DNA from: Squalus acanthias | Lineage: Eukaryota | NCBI GenBank assembly: GCA_030390025.1 | Contig: CM059432.1 | Location: forward strand, 107,820,001 to 107,884,000 | Direction of reading: 5' to 3' | Length of the DNA stretch: 64,000 bases | In this document: positions 12,406 to 24,919 of the stretch, piece after piece | Position numbering within the stretch: position 1 is the stretch's first letter | Layout of the letters: every line of letters starts with the position of its first letter | Position numbers and translations under genes: made by a program | Notes under the pieces: model-generated | The model's database searches: none | Seen by the model: the letters and a program-made list of their open reading frames with translations, nothing else | What the model was told of the DNA's origin: nothing

Positions 12406-13046
12406 TTGCTGATACAGATCTTGGTGTTCTAACTTAGGGTTTATCCACCAATGAGGCAACAGCATCAGAAACAACCCACAAATTGAAACAGGACAAACCA
12501 GCGAATAAGAAACAGAACTCTTCTGCCTGAGCTTCGAGGCTGGATGACCAAGCCTCATGGAGACAGATGTGGCCCACGGCCAGAACTTAAGATGCCACTG
12601 GACAACAACCTCTTCTCTCCTGGAGTCTGGAGTGATTCACCTGCCTGGGCACAGTGAGCTTGTTTAAGAAAATCTGTGCAACATTTGTAATTTATAACCT
12701 GTATTACACAGGTTATGGGTTGTATGGTGCAACATTACTATCCTTTATGTCTGCGGGAGATGAGAGTTTGGTGTTAGGCGTTGAAGTAACAAGTATCTGA
12801 GGCATGAATTTGAGGACTTTGATGTTTGTTTAGCTTGTTTTGGGAATTAGAATGTCTAGCGATGACAGCATATCTGGGCTGGTGCCACAAATGACCGGCT
12901 TTCCCCTGTCTAGCATGGAGGAGCACATGGTACATTCTGAGCAGCTGGCTAAATATTGGTTAACCACACTGGGTGTGTATGAGCTGCTTGACCCGTTTAA
13001 AATACGATGTGTGTATTACTTCTCAGTCCTATAATGCAGATCTGCG

Positions 13047-13192
13047 AGGGATAATCTTAACAAAACTGTGCTCCTGACACAAAGCTTCACCCACTGGGAG
13101 CACGTATCAGGAATTCAGATGCACCCTTCCATGATTTTCCAACCGTACGCGCTCCTGGTGTATAAAGCTCTGCGTTTTGTAAAGTTATCTCT
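13047..13192. mobile_element. Small degenerate MITE
   Basis: Inverted termini agggataatcttaacaaaac / gttttgtaaagttatctct; no clean TSD. Confidence 0.45.
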
Positions 13193-13684
13193 TTAATCTG
13201 CGAAGCTTTTTTTAATTAATTCTGGGAATTAGAATGTCACAAGCAAGGCCGGCATTTATTGCCCTTGAGAAGGTGCTGGGGAGCCTTCTTCTTGAACCGC
13301 TGCAGCCCATGCTGTTAGGTAGGGAGTTCCAGGCTGTTCTCAATGGGTAATGTTATCATACGCATATAGCGGTTAAATGAGGACAACCCACTTCTTCCAC
13401 GGATTATACATCCAACAGATCATGCTCTGGGTTGTTTCTGTAACAAAATCCCTTTTTTAAGTGGACCAGTTTTTAGCTTGGCTCACAGCTCCCTACCAGG
13501 AGAACCGGCGAGATACACTGGGTGGGGGGAGAGAGGTCACCACTCCACTCGCATCGGACATGAGAGTCCTGATGGATGTCAACCCAGTATTCAGAAGCAG
13601 GAGTTCTGATCTTCTGCTTGCTGGGACTTTCTTTCTAGTGCAGATCCAAAATTGGTAACCCCTTTCCTTTTAACTCAGTCCTCA

Positions 13685-14340
13685 CTACTGCTCATGGTCT
13701 ACAGAGCAGTAGTGATACCCGCCCTCCTGTATGCTTCAGAGACGTGGACCATGTACAGCAGGCACCTCAAAGCACTGGAGAGGCACCACCAATGCTGCCT
13801 CCGCAAGAGCCTGCAAATCCATTGGCAGGATAGGCGCACCAACGTCAGTGTTCTCGCTCAGGCCAACATCCCCAGCATCGAAGCTCTGTCCACGCTCGAT
13901 CAGTTCTGATGGACGGGCCACATCGTCCGCATACCCAATACGACACTCCAAAAGCAAGCGCTCTACTCGGAGCTCCGACACAGCAAGAAAGCCCCAGGTA
14001 GCCAGAGGAAACGCTTCAAGAACACCCTCAAAGGCTCCTTGAAAAAGTGCAACATCCCCACCGACACCTGGGAATCCCTGGCCCAAGACCATACAAAGTG
14101 GAGGAGAAGCATCCAACACCATGAGTCTCTTCGCCGGGAGCAAGTGGAAGCCAAGTGCAAACAGCGGAAGGAGTGCATGTCAACCCAAGCACCCCACCCA
14201 CCCGCCCTTCAACCACCGTCTGCCCCACCTGTGACAGAGACTGTAGGTCCCGCAGTGGACTCATCAGTCACCTGAGAACTCATTTTTAGTGTGGAAGCAA
14301 GTCATCCTCGGTTCCGACGGACTGCCGAAGAAGAAGAGAA
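13685..14340 (+). mobile_element. RTE-clade LINE 3' fragment
   Basis: VYRAVVIPALLYASETWT...IHWQDRRTNVSVL...WTGHIVR...RKRFKNTLK; (GAA)n tail. Confidence 0.85.
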
Positions 14341-14975
14341 CTCAGTTCTCTGACATTAGGGATTAGCGTTGTGGCCCTTCTCTGCACCACAACCAGAGCC
14401 TGGATGTGCCCCTTGTGCCCCAGTGATAAAAACTGAACACTGTCATCAGGGTGAGGTTTGAGCAGAGCACTATACTGCTTCACCGTGATAGCCTTAGACT
14501 TAAATTCTACTGATTTGGTAATATAGCTCTGTTGTGAGAGCATGGTCAATGTTGAATCTGCTATCGCACCTGGCTCTCTTTAAGCCTCTCCATATCTGGT
14601 TTGACATAATTCATTAAATAAGACTCCGATTTATTCTATTCACCAATGACTCAAATTTAACATTCACATCAACTGAGTACTGTGTACCTGTGCTACACAC
14701 TAGGGTTTTAGTGCAGTGAACCTGTGCTACACACTAGGGTTTTAGTGCAGTAAACCTGAGTTACACACTAGGGTTTTAGTGCAGTGAACCTGAGTTACAC
14801 ACTAGGGTTTTAGTGCAGTAAACCTGAGTTACACACTAGGGTTTTAGTGCAGTGAACCTGTGTTACACACTAGGGTTTTAGTGCAGTATACCTGTGTTAC
14901 ACACTAGGGTTTTATTGCAGTAAACCTGTGTTACACACTAGGGGTTTTAGTGCAGTGAACCTGTGTTGCACTCTA

Positions 14976-15758
14976 GGGGGGAAAAATTCAGTATCGCCCC
15001 GTTTGGGGCGCAATTATCGGCCGGGCGCAAAGATTAGCGCCTGGTGCTAATTATCGCCTCCAACTGCAAACTTGACTTTTATCACCCCTGGAGGTGATTG
15101 CAGCGCTAAATCAGGCACTACACATCTGTCTTAAGGCGCAATGGCCGAGGAGCGAGGCGCTACCTCAGGGCGCTGGCAAAGTTCATATGATGTCAGTCAG
15201 CAATGGAACACAGACACAATGGTGCCGGCCAGTTCTTAAAGGGGAGGGTTGATCTTGCTTTCCATCCACATCCTGCTCATTGCAGCCTTGAATCTCGGCC
15301 TGGAGAGACCTGTACATCAAATCTGCTGGAAAGAACAATGGAGAGAAATAGGGAAAGAGCTCAGAGTGCAACACCCACAGTCTCTTCTAAATCGATACAA
15401 GGAAGGGCAAATCAAAATGAACCTGCAAAGTGCTGCTCAGTACCCAAAACTCCTTCACACAGCGTTGAATCTCTCCAGAAGTCTCTCTCTCTCTCTGTCT
15501 CTCTCTCAGAATGCGTGGTTCAAAAATGTCACCAGCAAAAAAAGGCAGGAAGCGGTCGCCTTTAAATAGCGCTCCCCCAGTCCCTTCCTGACTGCAAAAC
15601 GCTCCCCTCAACCTGTCATTGCTAGCGGCAGGCGGTAAGGCAGGGGGGGGCCACTCAATATCCGCTCCAGGACGCTCCCGGGGCGTTGCGCACTCGACTG
15701 ATGTCATGATCTGCCGGCGCAGGAGATCGTGGCGGTAGTGTTTAGCGCTGCCACAAAT
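14976..15758. mobile_element. Non-autonomous Harbinger-B-like deletion derivative, right end lost
   Basis: Starts GGGGGGAAAAATTCAG like the Harbinger B TIR; subterminal segments resemble 49183-49420 and 52900-53090. Confidence 0.7.
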
Positions 15759-16449
15759 TGTTACACACTCGGGTTTTAGTGCAGTGAACCTGTGTTACAC
15801 ACTAGGGTTTTACTGCAGTGAACCTGTGTTACACACTAGTGTTTTAGTGCAGTGAATCTGTGTTACACACTGGGGTTTTAGTGCAGTGAACCTGTGTTAC
15901 ACACTGGGGTTTTAGTTCAGTGAACCTGAGTTACACACCACGGTTTTAGTGCAATGAACCTGTGTTGCACACTAGGGATTTAGTGCAGTGAATCTGTGTT
16001 ACACACTCGGGTTTTAGTGCAGTGAACCTGTGTTACACACTAGGGTTTTAGTGCAGTGAACCTGTGTTACACACTAGGGTTTTAGTGCAGTGAACCTGTG
16101 TTACACACTAGGGTTTTAGTGCAGTGAACCTGTGTTACACACTAGGGTTTTAGTGCAGTGAACCTGTGTTACACACTAGGGTTTTAGTGCAGTGAACCTG
16201 TGTCACACACTAGGGTTTTAGTGCAGTGAACCTTTGTTACACACTAGGGTTTTAGTGCAGTGAACCTGTGTTACACACTAGGGTTTTAATGCAATGAACC
16301 TGTGTTACACACTAGGGTTTTAGTGCAGAGAACCTGTGTTACACACTAGGGTTTTAGTGCAGTGAACCTGTGTTACACACTAGGGTTTTAGTGCAGTGAA
16401 CCTGTGTTACACACTAGGGTTTTAGTGCAGTGAACCTGTGTTACACATA

Positions 16450-17209
16450 GGCCCTGAAATTCGCCTCTCCGGCTTGCCGCGGGGGTAAGGATCGCGCGTG
16501 CTCTTACCTACCGCGCCTGCCGTTGTGTTTTGGTCCCACGGGAACTTCAGCTCCTGGGCCTGCCCCAACTGCCGGCGCGCAGTGCGTGCATGTCCCAGCG
16601 GCGCAGTTAGTGCGATGTGACCCCTGGGATCACGTGGGCCATGGAGAGCCAATGGCAGCAGACCATCTTTCATTCATAGATTTGACAGGAAGACCTGTCA
16701 AATCTGTGAATTGAAATCGGCCCCAAAAGAACAGCTAAACTTAAAATAAAATTTTTTAAAAACCATCACATTTATAAAATAACTATAGTTAAATAAATTA
16801 ACCACTTTAAACAAAAATTTAAATTTTTGAAAAAATTAAAATACTTTTTAAAAGTGATAAAAAATAAACTTACCTTTCTTTAAAGTATCTAAAAAAGATA
16901 AAACTATTGAAATTTTTTTTAAATTATACTTAATTAACCACTTACCTTGTTGAAAACGGCTCCTGCGCCTCCTTTTTATAAGCGTAGATCTTCATTACTT
17001 ACCCTCCCGTAGAAATGTGAAAAATAATCTAAGTTTGCTGCGTGCGCGCAGCCTCTACCGCGCACGCGGTTCACCTAGGAACCGCCCACCAGACTGGAAG
17101 TTCCGGTTTCCCGCGCATGCGCAGTGCATGCAGGAAACCGGCACTTCGGGATGCCTTACGGGTGAGTACGGACTGTGTACTCACCCGGGAAGGGCCGAAT
17201 TTTTGGCCC
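16450..17209 (+). mobile_element. Harbinger-type MITE family 1, copy 2 (inside the minisatellite)
   Basis: TIRs GGCCCTGAAATTCG / CGAATTTTTGGCCC; exact TSD ATA. Confidence 0.9.
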
Positions 17210-18779
17210 ATAGTGTTTTAGTGCAGTGAACCTATGTTACACACTAGGGATTTAGTGTAGTGAACCTGTGTTACACACTAGGGATTTAGTGCAGTGAACC
17301 TGTGTTACACACTAGGGTTTTAGTGCAGTGAACCTGTGTTACACACTAGGGATTTAGTGCAGTGAACCTGTGTTACACACTAGGGTTTTAGTGCAGTGAA
17401 CCTGTGTTACACACTAGGGTTTTAGTGCAGTGAACCTGTGTTACACACTAGGGTTTTGGTGTAGTGAACCTTTGTTACACACTAGGGATTTAGTGCAGTG
17501 AACCTGTGTTACACACTAGGGATTTAGTGCAGTGAACCTGTGTTACACACTAGGGTTTTAGTGTAGTGAACCTGTGTTACACACTAGCGTTTTGGTGTAG
17601 TGAACCTTTGTTACACACTAGGGATTTAGTGCAGTGAACCTGTGTTACACACTAGGGTTTTAGTGTAGTGAACCTGTGTTACACACTAGCGTTTTGGTGT
17701 AGTGAACCTGTGTTACACACTAGCGTTTTAGTGTAGTGAACCTGTGTTACACACTAGCGTTTTGGTGTAGTGAACCTTTGTTACACACTAGGGATTTAGT
17801 GCAGTGAACCTGTGTTACACACTAGGGTTTTAGTGCAGTGAATCTGTGTTACACACTAGGGTTTTAGTGCAGTGAACCTGTGTTACACACTAGGGTTTTA
17901 GTGCAGTGAACCTGTGTTACACACTAGGGTTTTAGTGCAGTGAACCTGTGTTACACACTAGGGTTTTAGTGCAGTGAACCTGTGTTACACACTGGGGTTT
18001 GTGTGCAGTTGAGCTGTGTTACACACTAGAGTTTTAGTAAATGATTTTACCTGATAATTGATTGATGGCCTCCATTTGTACCTGACAAACTGACAAAAAA
18101 TATTTAAAAGGACGCTAAATTGTAATGAAATTCATCAAAATAAGTAACAGGGTGAAGAATTGATTATGTTAACAGATAACAGGAAAAAAATGCAAAATAA
18201 AATTGGCCAAAGTTGTAAGAAAAAAAGGAACAAATACAAATAAAATGAAAAAGGGCAGAGCAGCAGTGAATAAATCAAAGGCAAATTTTGATTTTCTGAT
18301 GCACACTCGGTACCTCAGCATGTGTGATGGCTCCAATAAACTACCTTTATATTTTAAAATATGAACTTCTTAAATTAATATTCATTGTATTGCTCAGCAA
18401 AGCCATTTCTTGCATATTTGTGTCGGATTGTACAAGACTGGATTGAGCACATCACAGAAATCTGGATGTTTGGAAAGAGATGATTATATATCAAAGCTCT
18501 AGATTTTGCATTTTTTAAATTTAATTGGAATGAAAGGCTCTTACATTCAACAGAGCCCTGATTGTAATTCTTTAAACATGGAACTGCCTTTCAAACTGCA
18601 ATTATGAATATAAATCCTTAAATTTGTAATAATTTAAACAGTCACATACATATTCTCACTGTCTCGACTTAGCTATATTCTCATCAAAAGTAATACTTTA
18701 GCCACCCCTAGTGGTTACATTGGTGCACTGCAAGACTTACTTTCTCTTTCTCCAGGGACAGAACAGAAGAGGTTCAAAT

Positions 18780-19409
18780 GGCCCTGAATTTGCGGTCGGA
18801 GGCTTCCCGTGAGGAAATGCCTCCGATCCGCAAATAAAATCCACGCCTACCTGGTGGTCTGGGAGGTACCCGCGGGAAGAGGCCCACGTATCCCAGGGGC
18901 GCAGGCAGATGGCCCAATGAATGAAATGGAACCTCCATAAGTATGAATGGGAATACCCCAAAAAATGCCTCAACACTTCAAATAAATAAAAATAATCACA
19001 TATTTAAAATTAAATAAAATGGCATTTAATTAAATATTTAAAACAAAAATTTAACTTTTTGAAAAATAAATTTACATGTTTTAAAGGGGCTAAAAATAAA
19101 ATTACCTTCTTTCACAGGTTTTTAAATGTATAAATTATTGATAATTAAAAAAAAAACTCTTACGCTGGTAAAAGCAGGCCTTACCAGGCGTAAGAATTTC
19201 ACGGGCATTCGCTGGGCAAATAGCGCAACCCTCCGCCCGCGGATGCTCTTTTCCCGGGGATGTGGAGGATCTGTCAAGAAGATTCTTGACTGATCACAAG
19301 TTCCGGGTTTTAGCATATGCACAGCATATGCCTAAACCCAGAACTTGTGCGGCCCTTACGGGCGTGTACACACCTTGTACGCACCCATAGGGGCCGCAAA
19401 TTACGGCCC
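18780..19409. mobile_element. Harbinger-type MITE family 2
   Basis: TIRs GGCCCTGAATTTGCGG / CCGCAAATTACGGCCC; TSD AAT; GC-rich arms and AT-rich core. Confidence 0.85.
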
Positions 19410-19554
19410 AATATTTCCTTCAACCCTACACTAGAGAATGTTGTGCGGGAACCAATGGACTTATAGCTATAACGACCAACACAGAACCAATGATTTCTTT
19501 GGACTGCTTTATGTGTAATTTTTCACTAATCCCACATGACCAGCAAGGAGTTGC

Positions 19555-19841
19555 CAGCACAAAAATCCAGGCTGACACTCCAGTGCAGTGCTGAGGGAGT
19601 GCGGCAATGTAGGACATGCCGTCTTTCGGATGAGTCGTTTAACCGAGGGGTCTGCTCTCTCAGGTGGACGTAAAAGATCCCATGGCACTATTTCGAAGAA
19701 GAGCAGGGGAGTTATCCACGGTGTCCTGGACAATATTTATCCCTCAATCAGCATCACTAAAACAGATTATCTGGTCATTTTCACATTGCTGTTTGTGGGA
19801 GCTTGCTGTACACAAATTGGCTGCCATGTTTCCTACATCAC
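19555..19841 (+). mobile_element. Deu-domain SINE (SacSINE1/AmnSINE1-like), partial
   Basis: gccgtctttcggatgag...aaagatcccatggcacta...ggtgtcctgg core, shared with many copies in the window. Confidence 0.75.
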
Positions 19842-20206
19842 TATTTTTTGCACGGTTTTCTGCGTCTTTCTGTGCATGTATGGGGGGCGGGGTGGGGCCT
19901 AAACACTGCCCCACCCCCACCAGAACTGTGCATGCGCACTAATGTTACAGCTGCGCATATGCACTGGAGGGCCATTGCCGGTCCATTGCTAGCGATCTGT
20001 GGGGTAGGCTGGAGGGCGCAGGCCTGAGCAGTAGGCCGCGGCCTCGGTGAGGGAGTCTGGGTGTGGGGACCAGACTCAGGCTCTGTAGCTACGGGTCGGG
20101 GCTTCAAGACTGATGCCAGGCAGAAGTTCCGGCCTGTTTGTACTGATGAAGGAGGGTCAGTTAGTTGGGGGAACCGGGGGGTGGGCAGTTCCCCAGCAAC
20201 AGGTGA

Positions 20207-20317
20207 CAGCTGGCTATCTGCAACGATGAGGAGCCTAACAAGCTGCTGTGACAGGTGACCATCGCTCAGGGCGGGGTGCTGCATAACATCCAGGCTGTGA
20301 GCTCCTAGAGCAAGTGA
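20207..20317 (+). pseudogene. Histone H2A C-terminal fragment (pseudogene)
   Basis: [30 protein letters not shown] versus H2A [31 protein letters not shown]; internal stops and a deletion. Confidence 0.88.
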
Positions 20318-20340
20318 AGCAGCCAAAATATAATCTAATA

Positions 20341-20386
20341 ACCCAAAGGCTCTTTTCAGAGCCACCCAGTTTCTTTGAAAGGGCTG
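20341..20386 (+). promoter_or_regulatory. Replication-dependent histone 3' stem-loop plus purine-rich downstream element
   Basis: acccaaaGGCTCTTTTCAGAGCCaccca (stem-loop 20348-20363), then gaaagggctg. Confidence 0.88.
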
Positions 20387-21084
20387 GTTACAATCTGAAG
20401 GGAGTCAGAGAACTTGAGTTAATTTAACAATAAATTGGCCTGTTTCAGATCTGTTCACAGGTGTTTTCAGTTCCCTGTATCGATTGCTCTACGGTTCTCT
20501 GCTCACACATATGCTCCTCTAGTTAACAGTGAATAATCTTGCGGCCTCAGTGAGTGAGGATCCCGGGGCTCGGGGCCCTGCTCGCTCTTCCCCCCTCTCG
20601 CGCTCTCCGGCCCGGCACGGCATTTACGTGCAGCTCCTGGGCACCGCCATTACCAACCACGTCTTCGCGAGCGCATCAGCTCAGCGCTCCGGTCCCACCG
20701 CACTCGGCTCCCACACAAGGGAGTTCAATCTGCAACAATCCAGAGCTACAAACTCCAGGGAAACTTTAGGAACAGCACTTATGAGTAAAACACCTGCATG
20801 CTACACATTTCATTCAGAATTAAAGACATTTTAGCACTTCCAGATGGAAAAAAAATAAAACTTTAAAGAATTAACTAACCCATTAATTAGAGCATAAAGT
20901 CTTTTATTTTACCAGCCAAGGACAACGATAATTACAATTGCAGAATACTATTAACAAAGGACCTTCACAAAGCTAACTGGACTTCCACATTCTGTAGTCT
21001 GGCAAGACTGGATCAAATTACACATTGCAAGGTTGTCTACAGCAGGTAGGATCGAATTACACATTCTAACAAACTGTTGGGTGT

Positions 21085-21188
21085 GTCTTGTCCTCCAAGG
21101 GGACCAATCAGAAATCTGGTCTTGTCCTCCAAGGGGACCAATCAGAAATCTGGTCTTGTCCTCCAAGGGGACCAATCAGAAATCTGGT
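21085..21188. repeat. 3 x 34-bp perfect tandem repeat containing CCAAT
   Basis: gtcttgtcctccaaggggaccaatcagaaatctg x3. Confidence 0.9.
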
Positions 21189-21244
21189 GTTGCAAATAGA
21201 CGTGACCTTCCTACATTACAACAGTAGCTGAGGCGAACAGTCCA

Positions 21245-22255
21245 TGCAAGCGTTTATGCTCCACTCGAGCTGCCTCCTCCCATCCTTCCTCCTCTAACTC
21301 TATCACCATAACCCTCTATTCCCTTCTCCCTCATATGCTTATCTAGCTTCCCCTTAAATACATTGATACTATTTGCTTCAACTACTCCCTGTGGTAACAA
21401 GTTCCACATTCTCACCACACTCTGGGTAAAGAAGTTTCTTCCGAATTCCCAATTTGATTTCTTGATGACTATCTTATATTGATGGCCTCTAGTTTTGCTC
21501 TTCCCCACAAGTGGAAACACTGTGTGTGTCTACTCTATCAAAACATTTCATAATTTTAAAGACCTCTATTAGGTCACCCCTCAGCCTTCTCTTTTCAAGA
21601 GAAAAGAGACCCAGAATGTTCATCCTTTCTTGATATATATATAACCTTGCAGTTGTGGTATTGTCCTTGTAAATCTTTTTTGCATCCTCTCCAGTGCCTC
21701 TATATCCTTTTTATAACATGGTGACAAGACCTGTACGCAGTTCTCCAAGTGTGGTCTAATCAACAGTCGATAAAAGTTTAGCATAACTTCTACTTTTCAA
21801 TTCTATCCCTCTAGAAATACACCGTAGTGCTTGGTTTGCTTTTGTTATGGCCTTATTGGCATGCGTCGCAACTTTTAGTGATTAGTGTATTTATACTCCC
21901 ATATCCCTTATCTCCTACTCTCTTCATATTCTCCCTCGTCATGCTCTCCTCTGCTGCTTATGTACTTAGTGTATGCCTCTTTCCTTACCCTCAATTTTTC
22001 CCTCGTGTCTTTATTCATCCATGGCGTCTCATTAGTGTTTAGTTTGTTCTTGTTTTTTTAGCAGAATATATTTTTCCTGGGGTCTGTTGAACACCGTTTT
22101 AAATGTTTCCCATTGCTGTTCTACATTGTTTGCCAATATTGTTGTCCATTTTATTTTCCAAAGTTCTATTCTCAGCCCCTCAAAGTCAGCTTTTCTCCAA
22201 TCGATCACCCTGGTCTTTGTCATGCTTATGTCCTTCGCAATTATTATCCTAAACC
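21245..22255 (-). mobile_element. CR1-type LINE fragments
   Basis: MFPLVGKSKTRGHQYK...FFTQSVVRMWNLLP; DWRKADFEGLR. Confidence 0.8.
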
Positions 22256-22605
22256 ATAATCCAGGCTGACACTCGAGTGCTGTACTGAGGGAGTGCTGCA
22301 TTGTTGGAGGTGTCGTCTTTTGGATGAGATGTTAAACCAAGAAAAGCCTGGCCTCTCAGGTCGATGTAACAAATCCCATGGCACTATTCGAAGAACCGGT
22401 GAGTTCTTCCCAGTGACCTGGCCAATATTTATCCCTCAACCAACATACATTTATTTCAATGTTGTTTGTGAGACCTTGCTGTGTGCAAATTGGCTGCCGC
22501 GTTTCATACGTTACAGTAGTGGCTACACTTCAAAATTACTTCATCAGTAGTAAAGTGCTTTGGGACATCCCGAGGTCGTGAAAGGTGCGATATAAATGCA
22601 ACTCT
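22256..22605 (+). mobile_element. Deu-domain SINE with L2-like tail
   Basis: Same core; tail aaagtgctttgggacatcccgaggtcgtgaaaggtgcgatataaatgc. Confidence 0.75.
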
Positions 22606-23436
22606 GTCATTTTAGATATGGATTTTGTCATTTTCATTTCAGCAACACCATGAGATTCACTCATATGAATATAGTTATGAAAATATCTCAAACAGATTGA
22701 CAAATACTTTGGAAGTGTTGAACCCTGATTTATTCACAAGGACTACGATAAGCAAATCAATGGAAATCAATCTGAACTTTCAAGTAAAACTTTTATACAT
22801 TTTATCAGCAAATGTGTGCAAGGCATAACAACCAACCAAAGCATTAAATAGGAATTGTGCTCCACAGCTCTCCCAAGTACATTCTACACTGGTATTGTCA
22901 TTCAGCAGCCAAATAAATGCTTTTGACTTGACTTTGAAAATGTCCCACTGAATTGGAGTTAACCTCAACAGTTATTCCGTATCAATGGAAAGATAGAATA
23001 ATCATCAACAGAATAATTATTCAGAGAGAGGATTTTACAATTTTAAGAACATAGTCACCTGGCATTGCAATGAATTTATATTTTATTGAACCGGCAGAGA
23101 AACCTCTAGTATCTTCAATAGAGTGCATGCTCTCTGATGCTGCTGCATAACTACGCATTCTACTGAAAATAGAGAGGACATTTTTATGGAATACATAAAT
23201 GCACTGTATGTATAAACACAGCACTGCTCATGTAGATTTAGCAGTCACACTGATATTAAAGACGCAGCTTATCTTTTACAATATACATATAGTTAGAAAA
23301 TATGCAGTTTCCTGAAAGGACAGTTCAAAATGGATCATATTTTGCAATTACAATATTACGTAGAATTTTATTAGATATAGAAACAGGTTTTATTATGTCA
23401 ATCTAGTTTCTAATGGATGTACTAGCCTAGCTGGAT

Positions 23437-23523
23437 TTAATAAGAACGAATTGCTGGTGGAACGGAGGCACAGTCTTCTGCATCCAACGTTGAGTCAATT
23501 ACAGGTCTGTAGTGCAGCGTAAC
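23437..23523 (-). CDS. SDHA: SDHA last coding exon (exon 15 equivalent)
   Basis: [30 protein letters not shown] acceptor 23524-5; 87 nt including TAA; AATAAA candidates follow on the minus strand (about 23390 and 23370). Confidence 0.96.
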   Translation of the reverse strand, partial: VTLHYRPVIDSTLDAEDCASVPPAIRSY

Positions 23524-24728
23524 CTGGAATTTAAAACAAAGTTACAAATAAATACTCGGAACAGAAACATGTTTATTGCGCTGTATCCTTGCCTCTCCCT
23601 GCACCTCTACTTTAATTCAAACAACAAATTCCAAGGATTGGGCACTCAGAGAGGATTTCAATCTTGTCTGTGTGGAGAATGGCCAACAGAAATGGACGTA
23701 CTTCCCAGGAGACCCATCCTCATTTCAAAAGACCAAAAAATATAACATTAATTCAGAAACTGCCAGTAAGTCAACTAATAGAGGAAAATTTGAGACAGTT
23801 CCACTCAGACAAAAAACTGATGACTCCCAGCATCTGCTCATAGACTCCCCTACCCCCTAGTTTTAAAACCTATGCTCCATATCTAATGGGATAACTGCAT
23901 GAAAGCTGACTTAACGTTTAATTTAGTGCATTCATGCTTCACACATTTACTTTTCACCTCTTCATAAGCACATGCTCCTAATTAGTGTATTATAGAAACC
24001 CCATGTGGAGTCTGATTAGAAACACTGCATTTCAGATGCTCCATATTAATCAGACTCGACTGCACACAAGCTCTTGCACAGCGAGCCTTTGGCTCAGTGA
24101 GCATTCCTGCCTGTGTCAACAGCTGCCGGGTTTGAACCCCACTCCAGACAGCTCCGGCTCGGAATTCCGGGGTGATATCCAGCGGGATACTCATGGCTGG
24201 TGTGTGTGGGTGGCCCCCTTCTTCGTATGGATCGTGAGAGCCCATAAAACCCTCTTGCCATATAGGACTAACCACCCTATCGACTGGTATAAAGATGGTT
24301 ACGGCCAAGGAAGGAACGTTCACGTCGTGGCCTGTCAGACTGTTAATCAACCTGCAAATCCTTCCACTACTTCACACGCTTCTCCCAGGGACGAATGTGA
24401 AGATACAAAAAAACCAAGTTTTACATCAAGGATTTCATGTATTCTACTCGTGTGGAGCCTCATCGTATAGAGTTGCCCACGATTTTCTGACCATTAATTT
24501 TAACAATGCAAAGTCACGGGTAGAGCACCTGTAATTTCCCAGTTTATGTGGCCAGCAAGTGAGGACTCTCGGTGGCTGCGGGATTTGTAAAATTGACCCT
24601 TTAATATTAAAAACTTGTAATTACAAAAGAATGCTTTATCCAGGTGCAACGGTACTTTCAGTAATGAAGAGCATTCAAGGAATCTGCTTGTGCAAATTAT
24701 CTTGTTTGCTGCAGTCAACAATTCTCAC

Positions 24729-24843
24729 CTTTCCAGTCTTGGGGTCCACACGTGAGATAGTGTGCTTTTCGCCAATGTTCATTGAATGATTTTTTCTCTT
24801 GGCCTTGCAATGGTTTTGAAAAGTCATACTCATCGATTCTCAC
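24729..24843 (-). CDS. SDHA: SDHA exon 14 equivalent (115 nt; apparent +1 frameshift at 24766-24769)
   Basis: [25 protein letters not shown], then [13 protein letters not shown] only after removing one A from CGAAAAGCAC; AG/GTGAG boundaries. Confidence 0.93.
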
Positions 24844-24919
24844 CTAAAATGAGAACAGAAATCAGAGAAAAAAAATTGCTGCACATTTTAGACAAACGCA
24901 CGCAGAAACATCCTCAGTC

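Larger units (their letters stand above)
14686..18038. repeat. 34-bp minisatellite (gtgaacctgtgttacacactagggttttagtgca), about 53 units in three blocks
   Basis: Head-to-tail units without spacers; blocks 14686-14975, 15759-16449, 17210-18038. Confidence 0.97.

Noticed and set aside
10130..12660. Exons of a neighbouring host gene downstream of SDHA
   Set aside because: Purine-rich stretches at about 10150-10290 and 12440-12650 contain stops and give no recognisable peptide.
14686..18038. CRISPR-like array of 34-bp partly palindromic repeats
   Set aside because: Units are head-to-tail with no unique spacers, there are no cas genes, and the context is vertebrate intron/exon DNA.
23985..24470. 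161-aa ORF as a nested gene
   Set aside because: Non-ATG start, no recognisable motif, overlaps a SINE-like head.
24500..24530. Alternative SDHA last exon after ttacag (VLYP*)
   Set aside because: No similarity to the SDHA C-terminus; the true exon is at 23437-23523.
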